A stretch of 64,000 bases of DNA from Phallusia mammillata (lineage: Eukaryota), in contig OZ281497.1 in NCBI GenBank assembly GCA_965637545.1, positions 24,118,001-24,182,000 of the forward strand, written 5' to 3'. The notes under the pieces are model-generated. The model was given only the letters and a program-made list of their open reading frames with translations. It was not told where the DNA came from and did no database searches. Position numbers and translations under genes: made by a program. Of this stretch, positions 1-11,488 are shown piece by piece; positions within the stretch are counted from its first letter, which is position 1; each line of letters begins with the position of its first letter.

Positions 1-3000
1 TTCTCCAGTTTCGGATGGAACTTCAGCTCTTGCGTTGTTTACTGGCCATGGGTTTCTCCTGTAACGTTCCCTGTTGGCACTGCAAAGTAAAAAAATAACT
101 GTAACCTTGAATGAACCCTAAACTTAAAAGTGCATGAACTACATTTGTTTGCATTACACAGGCAGGAGCTTGGCCGAACGGTCTGGCGCGCCTGACCCAT
201 ACACAGACATAAACAACCCTGATCGGGATTCGTCCCCGGGAGAGTCCTGGGTTCGAACCCCGTAAAAAAATGAAAAAAGGTGGTTAAACGTAATATCGGA
301 TTTGGTTATTCAATATATTCTACAAATCATTGTTTTTGACCCTTTGGCAACCTTTTTAAATAAGTCACTGGTTCTCATATCCTGGTTTTTAGCATATTTA
401 ATTATGCTAACGCTAATCATTTTAGCATCCCAGCACCCCTTACATTGGTTCCTCGGCAAATTGTGGGATGGAGTGAACTTGAGGTGTTAAGTTGAAGACT
501 GGTACCGGGTCTGTGCTATTGGGTGCTCTATTCGCCCTGCAAATACAAAACATGTGTGAAATAGAAATTTGTAAAGCCATACATCTCACCCAAATTGTTT
601 GTACAAGTTGTATTAAAAATTGTGTTGGTTGCAATGCAATTTCACAAATCCTAAATGAGAGTTTCTAACTTTTGTCTTTACGCTCTTAAGCCAACGATGA
701 CAATGTCGACTGCAAAGGCGCGCAAAATTTCCATCATTGGTTACTGAGTTAGGGACATGAAAAGTTACAAAATGTGACAAAAAACTCCCTTTCGGCCGAA
801 AATCACGTTTTGTAGCGGGCTATAGAGAAGTCCAATTGGCCTCTAAATGTGCACATGCGTTAAAGTTGATTATATCAGTTATCCTAATCTTGCTGTGCGT
901 ACGGTCAGCAGTTCTTATTCCTTAAACGTGCAAATTTTTGGAGCACCAGATAGCAGCAGGTGCATTTCTGGTTTAAGCAAAGTTCTTCAGAACATCTGGC
1001 CTAGTTTAACTACAACGTAATCACCCAACTGTTTTCGTTGTTGGTTACCATTCCTTTTAGCAAAGTTTGCTTTTTTACTTTCTTCTCTTCCGGCAAAGCA
1101 CAACGATTACGATCACAAGAACAATGAGAAGGATTTCTCCCACGGAACATGAGATTGCAATTATCAACGTCTGGTCATCTATTAAAGTTGAAACGTTCGT
1201 TAGTGATTACAATTGATAAATTTAAGGAAAAAGGCACAATCTGAATAGAACAGGGCAATGTCATTTCAATACCAAGGACAAGTCGCAGACACATGACACG
1301 TAAATTTGAAAAAGTTTTGTATTATTAGTATTTTTTACTGCTTACTAGTTTGAGGAGCCTTTACAGTGGTCTCTGGAACATAAGAAAATAAATGTTATTT
1401 TAGAGCAGGCAACCGCAGTCGGCAACCGCAGATCCGCGGCCCACTGCGACGAGTTCGTTACCATGCTGTATAATTTTTCGGGTTAAATGCTTTAAAACAT
1501 TTTGCCCATATATCACAGGATAATAAACTAATAAAATTTCACTTTCAAAAGCGGTCCGCAGAGCAAAAAAGGTTGCCACACCTTGTTTTAGAAAAACCGC
1601 GTTTATTGATGATTTTTCTGTTTTTCCATTTTTTTGCTAAGTTTGTCTCAAAAACGATTTTGCTACGTTTCATTGGATAGACGTTGATGTTGAAAGTGTT
1701 TTTTGACAACTGCTTTCAAAAAATTTCAGTTTACCACGTTTTTAAAATACAAACCAAATATAATATTGCTCGTTTCATTGGACTGCGTCTAATCCAGTGG
1801 TTCTTAACCGGTGGGAAATTTAATGTTTTCAGAGGGAAATTATGTAAGTCAGGTAACCAAACTTTTGGCCCAAGGGTCGAACCCGGCTTTGAATTAGTCG
1901 TTGAAAGTTACTTTCCTAAAATTTTTCCGCAACAACATGTTAGATTAATTTTTAACCTAGTTTTACAAGACGCCTAAAAATACAAGGCCGTTTGTTACAT
2001 CACATACATGTCTGATAGTATCAATGACTGTGCTATTGTGCGCGAATAAAGGCCTTTCCTTTGTTGATTGTGATGCAATAAATGACTATTGCAAGCAGAG
2101 GAAACTCTATAATATTCCATAAGCTTTATTCTCTCATAGAAACACTATTTAAACTGAATAAGATTGTAGTATATAACTTTGGGGTTCCAGACCAAATTGC
2201 TTCACCAAATTATTTCATTTAAAGAATATTTTTTTTGTTAACGGCACAAAACATCATTATAAAAATAACAAAGGGAAAAATTCAAACTTGGTGATTGACT
2301 TTAGTGGGAAACCACACCAAAGAGGTTAAGAACCACTGAGATAGACCTTGATACCGAAAGTGTTTTTTTTTCACAACTGTTTTTAAAAAATTTCAGTTTA
2401 CCACATGTTTCAAATACAAACCAAATATGATATTGCTCGGAATATAGAAAACGACTTTTTGTATTTTTAAACAAAATTGTATGAAATTTTTTTTAGTATG
2501 AATCCGTAATTACCTTTAAAGTCCGTGGTTGTCCCTGGAGTAGTAAATGTGTTTGGACGAATATTTCAAAAACATAGAGGAAAAACAATGATTGATATTC
2601 AATGATGTTTTTGCAACAACACTTATGGAATTATGTAAGACAGTTAACACATTGAAAGCCATTTCGTACCAAGACACAGTTTTTTTTAAAGTTTTTTTTG
2701 AGGTTTCGATTTTCAAATACGGTTTTGTTAATGTCAATCTTAACCCATATGTAAAAACAAACGATATAAGCAAGAAAAGGAAAAAAAAACGTTATGCAAA
2801 TCTGTTTTACCTTTAAGAGTTCTTTGGCAGATATATCTAGCACTTGATGGACATAACGATGCGCTTATCTCCAAATAACTAGTGGGAGATGATTTCGAAA
2901 TTTTGCTGCAATAGTCATTCCCAGTTCGAACATAAAACTCTTTTTCTGTAAGCACAAGTTTGTGGGTTTGAACAATACGATATGCACCAAAGTTGTAACA

Positions 3001-3865
3001 GTTAATAAACCTGTGTATCAGACAAACCCAGCCCACATCCGTTTTCTACAAAACATGAATTGCTCTCAAAGCTTTAATGTAAACAAAATAATAATAATAA
3101 CTCGGTTGGTTTAGAGTTGGATGAGGGTGGAACTTATGGGCCACAACTCGAAGGCGCAAGCCTGAAACCCGTGTAGTTTTGCAAAACCAAAACCATATCC
3201 AATTTGGCGGACACAACCTGTTCAACCACAATCAAAAAAGTAATTGTGGCAGAGTATGAGTTCAGACCCGGTAATTGAGAAACATTAAGCCGAAAATTAA
3301 ACCACAGGTTCGAATTCTGCAACTCCCAGATAATCTAAAAACCGTTTTTTAGTTGACCCACATTATTTTTCACCTAAATTTGAGGCTGGCACAAAATTTG
3401 ACAAACATAATTTTTTTAATAAATATTTGTTAGCCCGCATCAAAAATAACCTAATTTATGAAAACGAAACCGGAATTTATGAGAACAAAAAATTAACTAA
3501 ATTAGCTGAATAGGATTTGCGTTTACAAACTGGTAACAGTTTAAACTTTGAAAAATCTCATAGCTGCATAATTGCATTAATTTCACCAAACCGGAACCAG
3601 TAAATATTGGTTACTTACTGGAAGAAAAAAAAAGAAATGTTGATGGCTTTGGAAGAAACCCTTGAAGAAAGTGAAGAAGGCGATTTGATTGTACACTCGC
3701 TATCTTTGCATTTAGCTTTGAGCATTCTTTCTCAGCTTGATTATACGAATAGACTTTGTCGGACCCAATATAATACTCGTTTCCATCAAATGAATGCCAA
3801 GTTTGGGCGGAACATGAATGCCAAATTCCAACCACGAAAAGCATTAGGTGTATATTGTTTGCCAT
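1..3865 (-). CDS. C-type-lectin-like type I membrane protein, copy A (3' end runs off the window)
   Basis: Hand-spliced GT-AG exons: 3619-3865 (signal peptide + WHSFDGNEYY..AEKECSKLNAKIASV), 2811-2945 (FYVRTGNDYC..CPSSARYICQR), 1346-1372 (stalk ETTVKAPQT), 1079-1178 (TM, then CRKRR), 444-536, <1-79. Phases are consistent. The stalk exon at ~2514-2564 has lost its acceptor AG. Confidence 0.8.
162..272 (+). mobile_element. short tRNA-derived SINE
   Basis: A-box-like TGGCCGAACGG, B-box GGTTCGAACCC and an A-rich tail. Absent from the paralogous site near 11695. A near-identical inverted copy lies at 39085-39211. Confidence 0.7.
1406..1585. mobile_element. degenerate hAT-type MITE (also at ~12852-13031; related to 24244-24431)
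   Basis: GGCAACC...GGTTGCC termini, flanked by ttttagag/ttttagaa, and absent from the paralogous intron of copies C and D. Confidence 0.6.
1795..2338. mobile_element. hAT-type MITE (duplicate at ~13112-13655)
   Basis: Perfect 15-bp TIRs CAGTGGTTCTTAACC / GGTTAAGAACCACTG. Confidence 0.8.
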
Positions 3866-5400
3866 ATGTACAGTGTCGAATATTAAGCTGTAAAAAACGC
3901 ATAAATGCATAGGTGTTTCGACGAATATCAGCAACTACCTATAACTTGTTTTTCAAGTGGTTTGTGTAACAATCTTCAAGGAGTAGAGATTTTCGTTTTT
4001 GTGCTGATCCGAGCCGTCGCAGCTTTATGAACGTTTTTATCGTTAAGAGAGTTGTCAGCGGTCCTTAAGTTGCGTTCTGGACCCGAAAGTGCAAGCCAGA
4101 AACCCGACTCGCACTCGATTTAAAAAAATACAAAGTTGGAACTAGGCCTGAAATTTGGTAAAAATGCGGCTAAAATGCCGAATGTAAACACAGGTCCAAA
4201 TCAAGATCGTTTTATTACAACTTATGTCTGAACTCAACCCAAATGCGTAAATCCTGGCCCGACTTACAACTCTGCTTTATTTAAATTTGACAAGTTAGTT
4301 ATTTTAAGCATTTTGTTTCATCAAACAACATTTCTGTTATCCCCTTCGTACCATGCACCATCGACTAGTCTAAATAGCAAAGCTTCCCGTTCGTAAACAT
4401 AACTGAATTAAATATATTGATCTAAAGTAACGGTATCTCAGAATAAGCCCTTCAAGCGCAATACAAAAAACAACAACCTTGCAATCAAGTCCAAATCTTG
4501 TTTCGAATATAATTATTTTTTGTACATAAGATTTCAATAATTCTGTAAGAAAGTGCTAAACTAATTTTTATTTAAAACTCTTTCTGTGTTGCTAAGATGA
4601 GAAAAAATCTAAAATAAAGCCTAATTGCTTGGTCTCTACTTTACACACAATAAACGCTTACTTGCTCGTTTTCGACGCTAAAACAATAAACGGATAAAAC
4701 GTGTACATGGCGTAAATCATTTTATAGCGAAACTTTCTCGTTCCTGCCTTACCGAAAGCAATACCACAATAGGTGTGAACTTTTGTTGTTGCCAGTTTAT
4801 ATTAACCTGACATGAGGTCAATACACTAAATATATGTCGGACATGCGTCTTGCATTTTGTATGACTGGTAATTCTCTGTTCAAAAGCTTAGGGAACGTGA
4901 CAGGTAAATTTTTTATCAGTCACTGAGTATTAATTGCTTCTGAAGAGAATCTTATCTATTAGTTACAAAGCATGGCATTTCAGCCTGTAAGACCTAATAA
5001 CCTGAAGGTCCGTACCTTGGCTATTAGCCTGTTTATGCCCATTATATTGTTGCCAGCTGCACTGATATGACTGTACAGGTCGAAACACTGTGTCAAGTTT
5101 TCTGGTTCGCTGTGTGATCTATTTCACACAATGGCATCGAACCTCCACTACACTATCCTTATCAAACTCGGTGTATAGTTGCTTAACGACATCTTGTAAA
5201 TCTGTGACAATCTTTGGTAGATTTTCCCTGGCAGCCATATTTAGATGATGCCACACATCAGAAGTTTACTTAGAAACCCTCAGTGCTCATTAGAGAAGTA
5301 ATTACCTGGTGGACAGCTAATACAGGATTACATACCAACTGCACTTTATGCATAGCTTCAATAGCTCACAACACCAAACAGCAAATGTCTTGTCGCCAGC

Positions 5401-5446
5401 TGCACCAATAAGACCGTTTCGGTCGAAACGGTGGTCACTGTCTACA
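5401..5446 (+). ncRNA. degenerate type I hammerhead ribozyme motif (unit A)
   Basis: TGCA-CCAATAA-GACC..GGTC-GAAAC-GGTGGTCACT-GTC-TACA. The core is mutated; paralogous to 26491-26536. Confidence 0.45.
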
Positions 5447-5693
5447 ACCAACCTAATATTCTACTGAGGCGTTGCTTTTATTCTACGTTAATTGTTTCCA
5501 TATATTAGGCCTGCAACACGACGTATACGTAAAGTTTAAAAATTTAAACACTGTTTCAAAAACCAATTCACTTATCTATTGAGTTTTAGTGTTTTAGATA
5601 AGTTTTGAAACTTTCATTTATGTTCTCAAATATGTTCAATCAAAAGACCTAATCTGTTAAATTTTTAAATTAAGTTTTCTGGTATGCGATCAA

Positions 5694-7133
5694 TTAGTAT
5701 TGGATCAGTAAAACGGAGATTATGGTCATCAGTGTCGAAAGTACAATATTATCGATGAGTTTTCCAGCACCATAACGTAAGTTCATTTTCTTGGCGTAAT
5801 GTGCTGCCACCTAACGACAAAAACAATGAAGCTTTACGTGGTATCAACTATCAATGAGTATAAAACTTAAATTATCTTTTATAAAAAAAATCTCTTTTAT
5901 AAAAACCTGTGGGAATTTGTAACCATGAGCGATGACTTTCAAATGATTTAATACTGCGTTAACCAATTTTACAATGCGTGAGCCAAAGAACTTTTTTATA
6001 GAGAAAACACCATGCAGACGCGTCAGTAATCATTGAAGCAGGCTGTCCATCGAGCTATAGAACACGGTATATAAAGCACTTAAACGGTAAAAAAAAACGA
6101 TCAATGCCAGGTGTGGTAAGTGATGTCAGACGAAATTGGCGATTAGAAATGTTGCGTTGACAAACGATAAGAACCGGAGATGTTTGTCAGCTATATGACA
6201 GATGTAAGGGCATGGAAACTGTGTCAATGTTAAGCTTGGGGTCGTGCTTGTTAATAGAAAGCGATTCGACAAACAACAGTCTGATGCAGTCTTGGCTAAA
6301 GGGATTCGTATGCAAAATGTGTATGTTGGCCATTTACTTGGTTTTGGTCTCCCTAAATGAATATTAATGATTATCATTAAAACTTAAGGGAAAACTGTTT
6401 AAGTTTGGAGTGAATAAACAGATTTTGCATTTTGTAGTTGTATTTTAAGTCCTAAGAAACAGTGACACAACCGGTAAGATATGTATGAAATGTATGTTAA
6501 AGGTCAACAAACGCTTATGTACGACAAGGTGAAGTAATAATGTTTGTTTCATTTTGTTGCGACCATGAGGTTCACGAATTAAATCCCGTCGTAACTGCTT
6601 TGTCAAACTTAAAAATTTGTTGTTCACCTTTCAAGCAAATAAACTTTAGGTTAAGACTGTGACTGAAACAGACAGAAACCTAGAAATACAAACTGAGCCA
6701 CAGCAAAGTCTAAACCAAAAGATTGTGGACACGTGATAAGAAGCACACCACCGCCACTGGTCGGCAGACAATTGAGATTCGAACCCACGACTGGAAAGGC
6801 TCAGTTGTGGGTTCGAATCTCACCGCGGGCTGGATTTTTCTACTCTACTCCTTGCCGCAAGGGAATGGTTGGCAGATAGGCTTGTATAGGTACAACCCCA
6901 TCAATAGGCCTGACGTACTTTGAATGCTAGGCTTTACAAAATGACCTAATTTTTAATCTAGTATATTGTATACTACACAATACAATTTATAGTATACCTG
7001 TAGACCAGTCCCATCCCACAGCCCAATTGTGTTTGCATGTGTAATCATCCTTGCAATTGTTAAACCAAGCTTCACAGGCATCAAGTGACAATGGAACGTT
7101 ACGATACCGTTCAGTTCTGTACGAATTCGTTTT
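5694..7133 (-). pseudogene. orphan folate-receptor-like exons 3 and 5 (unit A)
   Basis: Exon 6998-7133 reads KTNSYRTERYRNVPLSLDACEAWFNNCKDDYTCKHNWAVGWDWSTG. GPI-tail exon 5694-5810 reads VAAHYAKKMNLRY.. Exons 1, 2 and 4 are absent. Confidence 0.85.
6790..6920 (+). mobile_element. 5'-rearranged tRNA-derived SINE (same family as 18210-18345, 27208-27340, 41797-41960 and the 33-34 kb array)
   Basis: B-box GGTTCGAATC followed by the shared body ..ctagatttttctactct..cttgccgcaagggaatg..ggcctgacgtact. Confidence 0.7.
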
Positions 7134-8475
7134 CTAGACGAAATCCACTCAGTGTTAGAATAATTTATTGTTTCTCAACTTTGTTAGGTTTCAAACTGTT
7201 TTGGGCTTTTGTTAATCATTTGTGGATTCGATAAAAGTATGAGTTAAATTGAACATTATTCAGTTGAAATCTACTTTTTGTTTGGTGCTTCAAGAAATTT
7301 GGTTTCAATGTTTTATTCATTATTATTGTTATGATGTAAGTCAAAGTATACGACATAACCAAAGGAGTTGAAAGGGTTGATCATGTCCAAAACGCATTTC
7401 CCTAATCCCCAATCCAAAAGATAAGACATCCCATATGTGCAGATGTCTGAAATCGAAAGCACTTTGTCAACTTTATTTTTTATCCAAGACTTACTTCAAA
7501 GATAGTTGCGCAATTTAAATAAAAATTTAGTAAAAATCTGTAGGCTACAATATATATTCCTGGTTTCACTACTCTCGATGCTTGGTTGCAAAAAAATTAT
7601 GTGGAAGTTACGTTTACATAATGTAGATCTTTTCTTGTCACTTTGAGAAAATTTCTCCCGAAAATAGCATCTGAGTGGCATCTTTGTTTGTCATTGTTCC
7701 AAAAATTTGTTAGTTTCCATGACTCAACTGTTCATAAATCAAAAATGTTTCGAAACTGTTTTGTACATAAGAGTCTATTCAAAAGGTTGCCAATCGTGGA
7801 AGGTTAACTGTTGATCAGCCACTGTGGGTAGGAGTTTTGCTTGCTTTTTGAAGCAATTGTCTATGTCGAAGTACTTGAATGTTTGGCTGAAAATTAAAAG
7901 ATTTGCCTAAAATCCTTGACAGACTTTCCAACAAAAACTTAATCTTAGTTCTTATTAGGTATAAGTCTGCTTTCAAACCACTGATCAAAACTGCTTAATA
8001 ATTATTTTCTGCATGGTTTGGCGGACCAACGATCTGTGCTTTTACTAATACAAAAGTATGTGGTAACTAACAAAACCTTACTGTTAATTTTTTTGTTCAA
8101 ACAAATTCAAAATTCAAAACGTAATATTCGACACAGAAATTGTTTATTCACAGGTTTTGAAGAACTGCAATTAATACAACAATACATTAATTAACTGTAT
8201 TTTACAATACCAATGAAACAATAGGAAAAGTGCAAACACTAGAACAGTTTCAAAGGCCAAGTGGCCGAGTCACAAAGCACATCTTCGCTATTGACACGTT
8301 TTTAACATAAAAAAATACATAAAAAGTACATAAAAAACGCAATGAAAAATCCGATCCAACGGAAAATCCTAACGGCGGAGTCATTGTGAGCATAACAGTT
8401 TAAGCATTTCCCGCCTAACCAGGATAAAAATAAACAAACAAAATGTTCAGAAATCTTATAGTGTTTTAGTAGAAT

Positions 8476-10003
8476 TTAAAAACTCTTTCTTGGTATGGGG
8501 GCGGGTGGGCGATCATATTGGCAAATTTCATAAGGATTAGGTCTTGTTTCGTGGCTAGTTTTCATTGGAATTTCATACACCGACTCTTCAACTGCATTCG
8601 GCTTGGTCTGATTTCTATCTGTGGCTTTGTTTGGTTGTTTGTTGGACCTGCCAATGCAAAAAAAACTCTTTGAGAATTTTTTTTGAAACTGAAAACTGAA
8701 TATTCTTTACAAAACATTGTATGAGCTGCATCTCATGACTGCGAAATCGTATCGGGTTCTGAAAAGTCGATATGGAAACGTTGGTTAAACAGCAACGGTG
8801 CAATTGTTTATTTAAAGTAAAACTTCAGGCCAGGGCTTTATATTCACCATAAAGTATATTCAAAATGAATCAACGCATTTTGCAGGCAATTCCCCACCAA
8901 AATAATAAAAATAAAAACAACAACACAATAGTTCGTTGTAGATTTTGGTTGAAGTTTGCTAGTTTACCTTTTCCTGTCCCAGTAAAACACAGCAATAAGG
9001 ACAACAAGAACCAGAAAGAAAAATCCTGCCACGGCGCTTGGAACTGCAACTGTTACCAATCGGTATTCATTTGCTAAAACCAAGTGTGGTAATGTTAGCT
9101 AGTAATAGATAATCATTAAATGTGCCATGTGTGAACGTCTTAAACTTACAGCATTTAATACAGTGCCGTTGGTATTATTTTTTATAAACCTGTAGGATTT
9201 TAAAGTAGACTATAGGATATTTTAGGCGTGCTACCAACATCAATCCTGCTATTGTTTCAGTCGAAATTTTTCCTCCATAAAAAGATTCATTCAAAGAGTG
9301 ACGTTGACTGATAAATAGCAGTCGAAGTTAGCTGTAAACAATGCACCATAATACTAACAATATGGCTACAGCAAGTTGATTATTGCTTTCATCACGTAAA
9401 TAAATGAATTGAATTGAATTGAATTGAATTTGTACTCAAATTGTTTAAACGATTACTGTTACCTACTTGCTTTGCTGGTAGTTGGATTGTTATGAGTTGA
9501 AACGAATCTTGTTTCCATTATTTGGTTTGTAGCTTCTGTGGTTTCTATAGAATAACAAGCAAAGTCGATCTTTACAGGTACACAAAAACTGAGTGCCTAA
9601 AATAGTGATTGTTTATAAAAAAATGTCTTTTTTAAACGGTTTTGTATTGAAAACTAACAAAATCTATATCAGAAAAATATACACGAAGCAAACATTGGAT
9701 ATTTTTCGCAAAAACTTGTTTAAATTTTTTGCTATAAAAAACATTGCTATAAAATCCACGCACATCATTATTTAATTGTGGTAGTTTCATTGTTGTTTTG
9801 CTATTACGTCAAGCAATATGAATGTCAAACTAAATAAAACATTTCTGTTTACCATAAAAGTCGTCGTTGTTGTCTCCGGGTTCATCATCAAACCCGTTGT
9901 TTTCAAACCCTGACCCAGAATAACCATATCCTAGCCCAGAGTAATAAACAGCCACAGATGTGGAAATATGCGAAATTAAAACAACACAAATAGCCAACTT
10001 CAT
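8476..10003 (-). CDS. small single-pass membrane protein (Ser-Gly/acidic ectodomain, mucin stalk, Tyr-motif tail), copy 1, ~168 aa
   Basis: Exons 9853-10003 (MKLAICVVLISHISTSVA-VYYSGLGYGYSGSGFENNGFDDEPGDNNDDFY), 9467-9544, 8968-9073 (TM VAVPSAVAGFFFLVLVVLIAVFYW) and 8476-8647 (EESVYEIP..YDRPPAPIP). All are GT-AG and the frame is open. Confidence 0.8.
9405..9430 (+). repeat. (TGAAT)n microsatellite
   Basis: Five tandem TGAAT units. Confidence 0.9.
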
Positions 10004-11488
10004 TTCGTGTTCAGTACGCAATATGCAAAAACCACTTTCTGAAGAAAAATAGTTCCAAAAAAGGTTATGAAACACTAAGCAGGAGCCCCAAAACGCGCTT
10101 CAAAACTATAACTGATATATAGTTAGTTTCCTTTTTAAGGTTTAATCTATCGTTTAATTCAATCAAAACCTTTAAAACGGTGTAGCTGCGGCGCGTTTAG
10201 GAATTATCCCCAATTCTGTCCTTAACTATTTTTTGCACACCATAAGATTTAAACTTTGCGCAGCTGTTTCTAGGTGATGGTTAAGTGCAATTTTGTAGCT
10301 ATGTGTTCTTTCACCAAGCGAACTATAAGGCTATGAACAATATGTTTTGTTTTTCTATGCTTGAAGCTTACAAAAAATGTTTATACGTTTCATAACGTTA
10401 AACTTTCCATATTAACTGTGTGAAAATTGCTTTTTCCGGCTATACTGAAAGCGACAACTTCTAACTATATTATCCATGCAACAATATTTGCCAGTTTTCA
10501 TCAGCTAATAAGGCTGCATGGTTTGTGCGCTCACAGTTTTTACCGAAACCATTCCTATGACTCAAGTCAATTCATGTAGTTTCGAAACTTGACAGGTTAA
10601 TTGTTCATTATACACTGTGTATGATTTTTGTCTGTTTTTAAAGGAAGTCTCAAACTACTTTTAGTACATCCTACCAATCACATAAATATTTTAATATCAC
10701 GGTAAAACTGCCAGGAAAACGGTCAATTTTGTCTACAAGTTTATTATTTATTGCAAATTTTAAAATTAGGCGCACGTGTAAAAATTGCAAGGTCATGTAA
10801 GTTGCAGAAGAATATATCAATGACATTTAGCGTTTGTAAAATGTGGCTGTGGTTTATAATTCCCACACAGCCTCTTCTGTTAATGGAAATAAAAATACTC
10901 ATTGTTGAACCCTAGTATTGTTTCTTTTTTTTACACTACATAAAAAACAAATATAACAAAAACAAAAATGAAACATTTATCATACACAAAGTAAAGCTTT
11001 AACCCCTTTTTGTTTAAATATAAAAACAAACTTACATATATCGATAGTTTTCAATAGAAATTTGTCGTACGCAAGGGCAGCGGAACAAAGCATTCACCCA
11101 TGCAAAAAACAAACAATTGGATAAGGCTAAAACGTTGGAAAGCGCAATTCAATAATCGTACACAGTTTATGAATCAAAGAGAAAATACATCTATAGTAAT
11201 CATTGCGTTACATTAAGACCCTTTGAAGTGTAAAGGCCCATAAAAGCCAAAAACTGAGGAATATTACCATTTAAAAAACAAGCTATAGGCAACTAATAGA
11301 AGACTCCATTGTGACTTTAGTTGAAAAATATTGCTGCTCTTTGTCACATGATTTCATTTTTTTGACAAATTTAGAGTTCACAAGTAGGCTAGTTTCGACT
11401 GCAATTAATATACACCACCGACACTGGATGCAACTTTTGGAAGAGGAAAAGCAGGTCGGTCAAAAGGATAAGTTTGTTCAGTATCAGG

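Larger units (their letters stand above)
700..6770 (+). repeat. segmental duplication, near-identical to ~12130-18080 (more diverged paralogs at ~21300-27400 and ~36390-41670)
   Basis: Long collinear near-identity by eye, including introns and shared MITEs. Paired ORFs appear in the track (e.g. 3611/14922, 6126/17433, 6445/17752). Confidence 0.95.

Noticed and set aside
1684-1977. Repeated ORFs 1684/13019, 6126/17433 and 6445/17752 as conserved genes
   Set aside because: Their identity is explained by the recent segmental duplication. They have no recognisable domains and are not preserved in the diverged units.
2946-3071. GLGLSD / FLGLAD (also ~23950) as the CTLD WIGL motif in a longer exon 2
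   Set aside because: These lie in a different frame with stops in copies A, B and C. A conserved strong acceptor (cttgtgctt[ac]cag) just downstream gives an open phase-1 exon in all four copies.
3607-3912. Plus-strand ORFs over CTL exons (also 11311, 14948, 21001, 35702, 8865, 29931)
   Set aside because: They are antisense shadows of minus-strand exons and recur only because the DNA is duplicated.
8560-8600. ITIM or ITAM in the cytoplasmic tails
   Set aside because: The Y+3 position is Pro (YEIP, YEVP, YDRP), not Leu/Ile/Val.
9150-9189. Additional stalk exon of lectin-less gene copy 1
   Set aside because: It has AG/GT borders but in-frame stops, and the borders are not conserved in copy 2.
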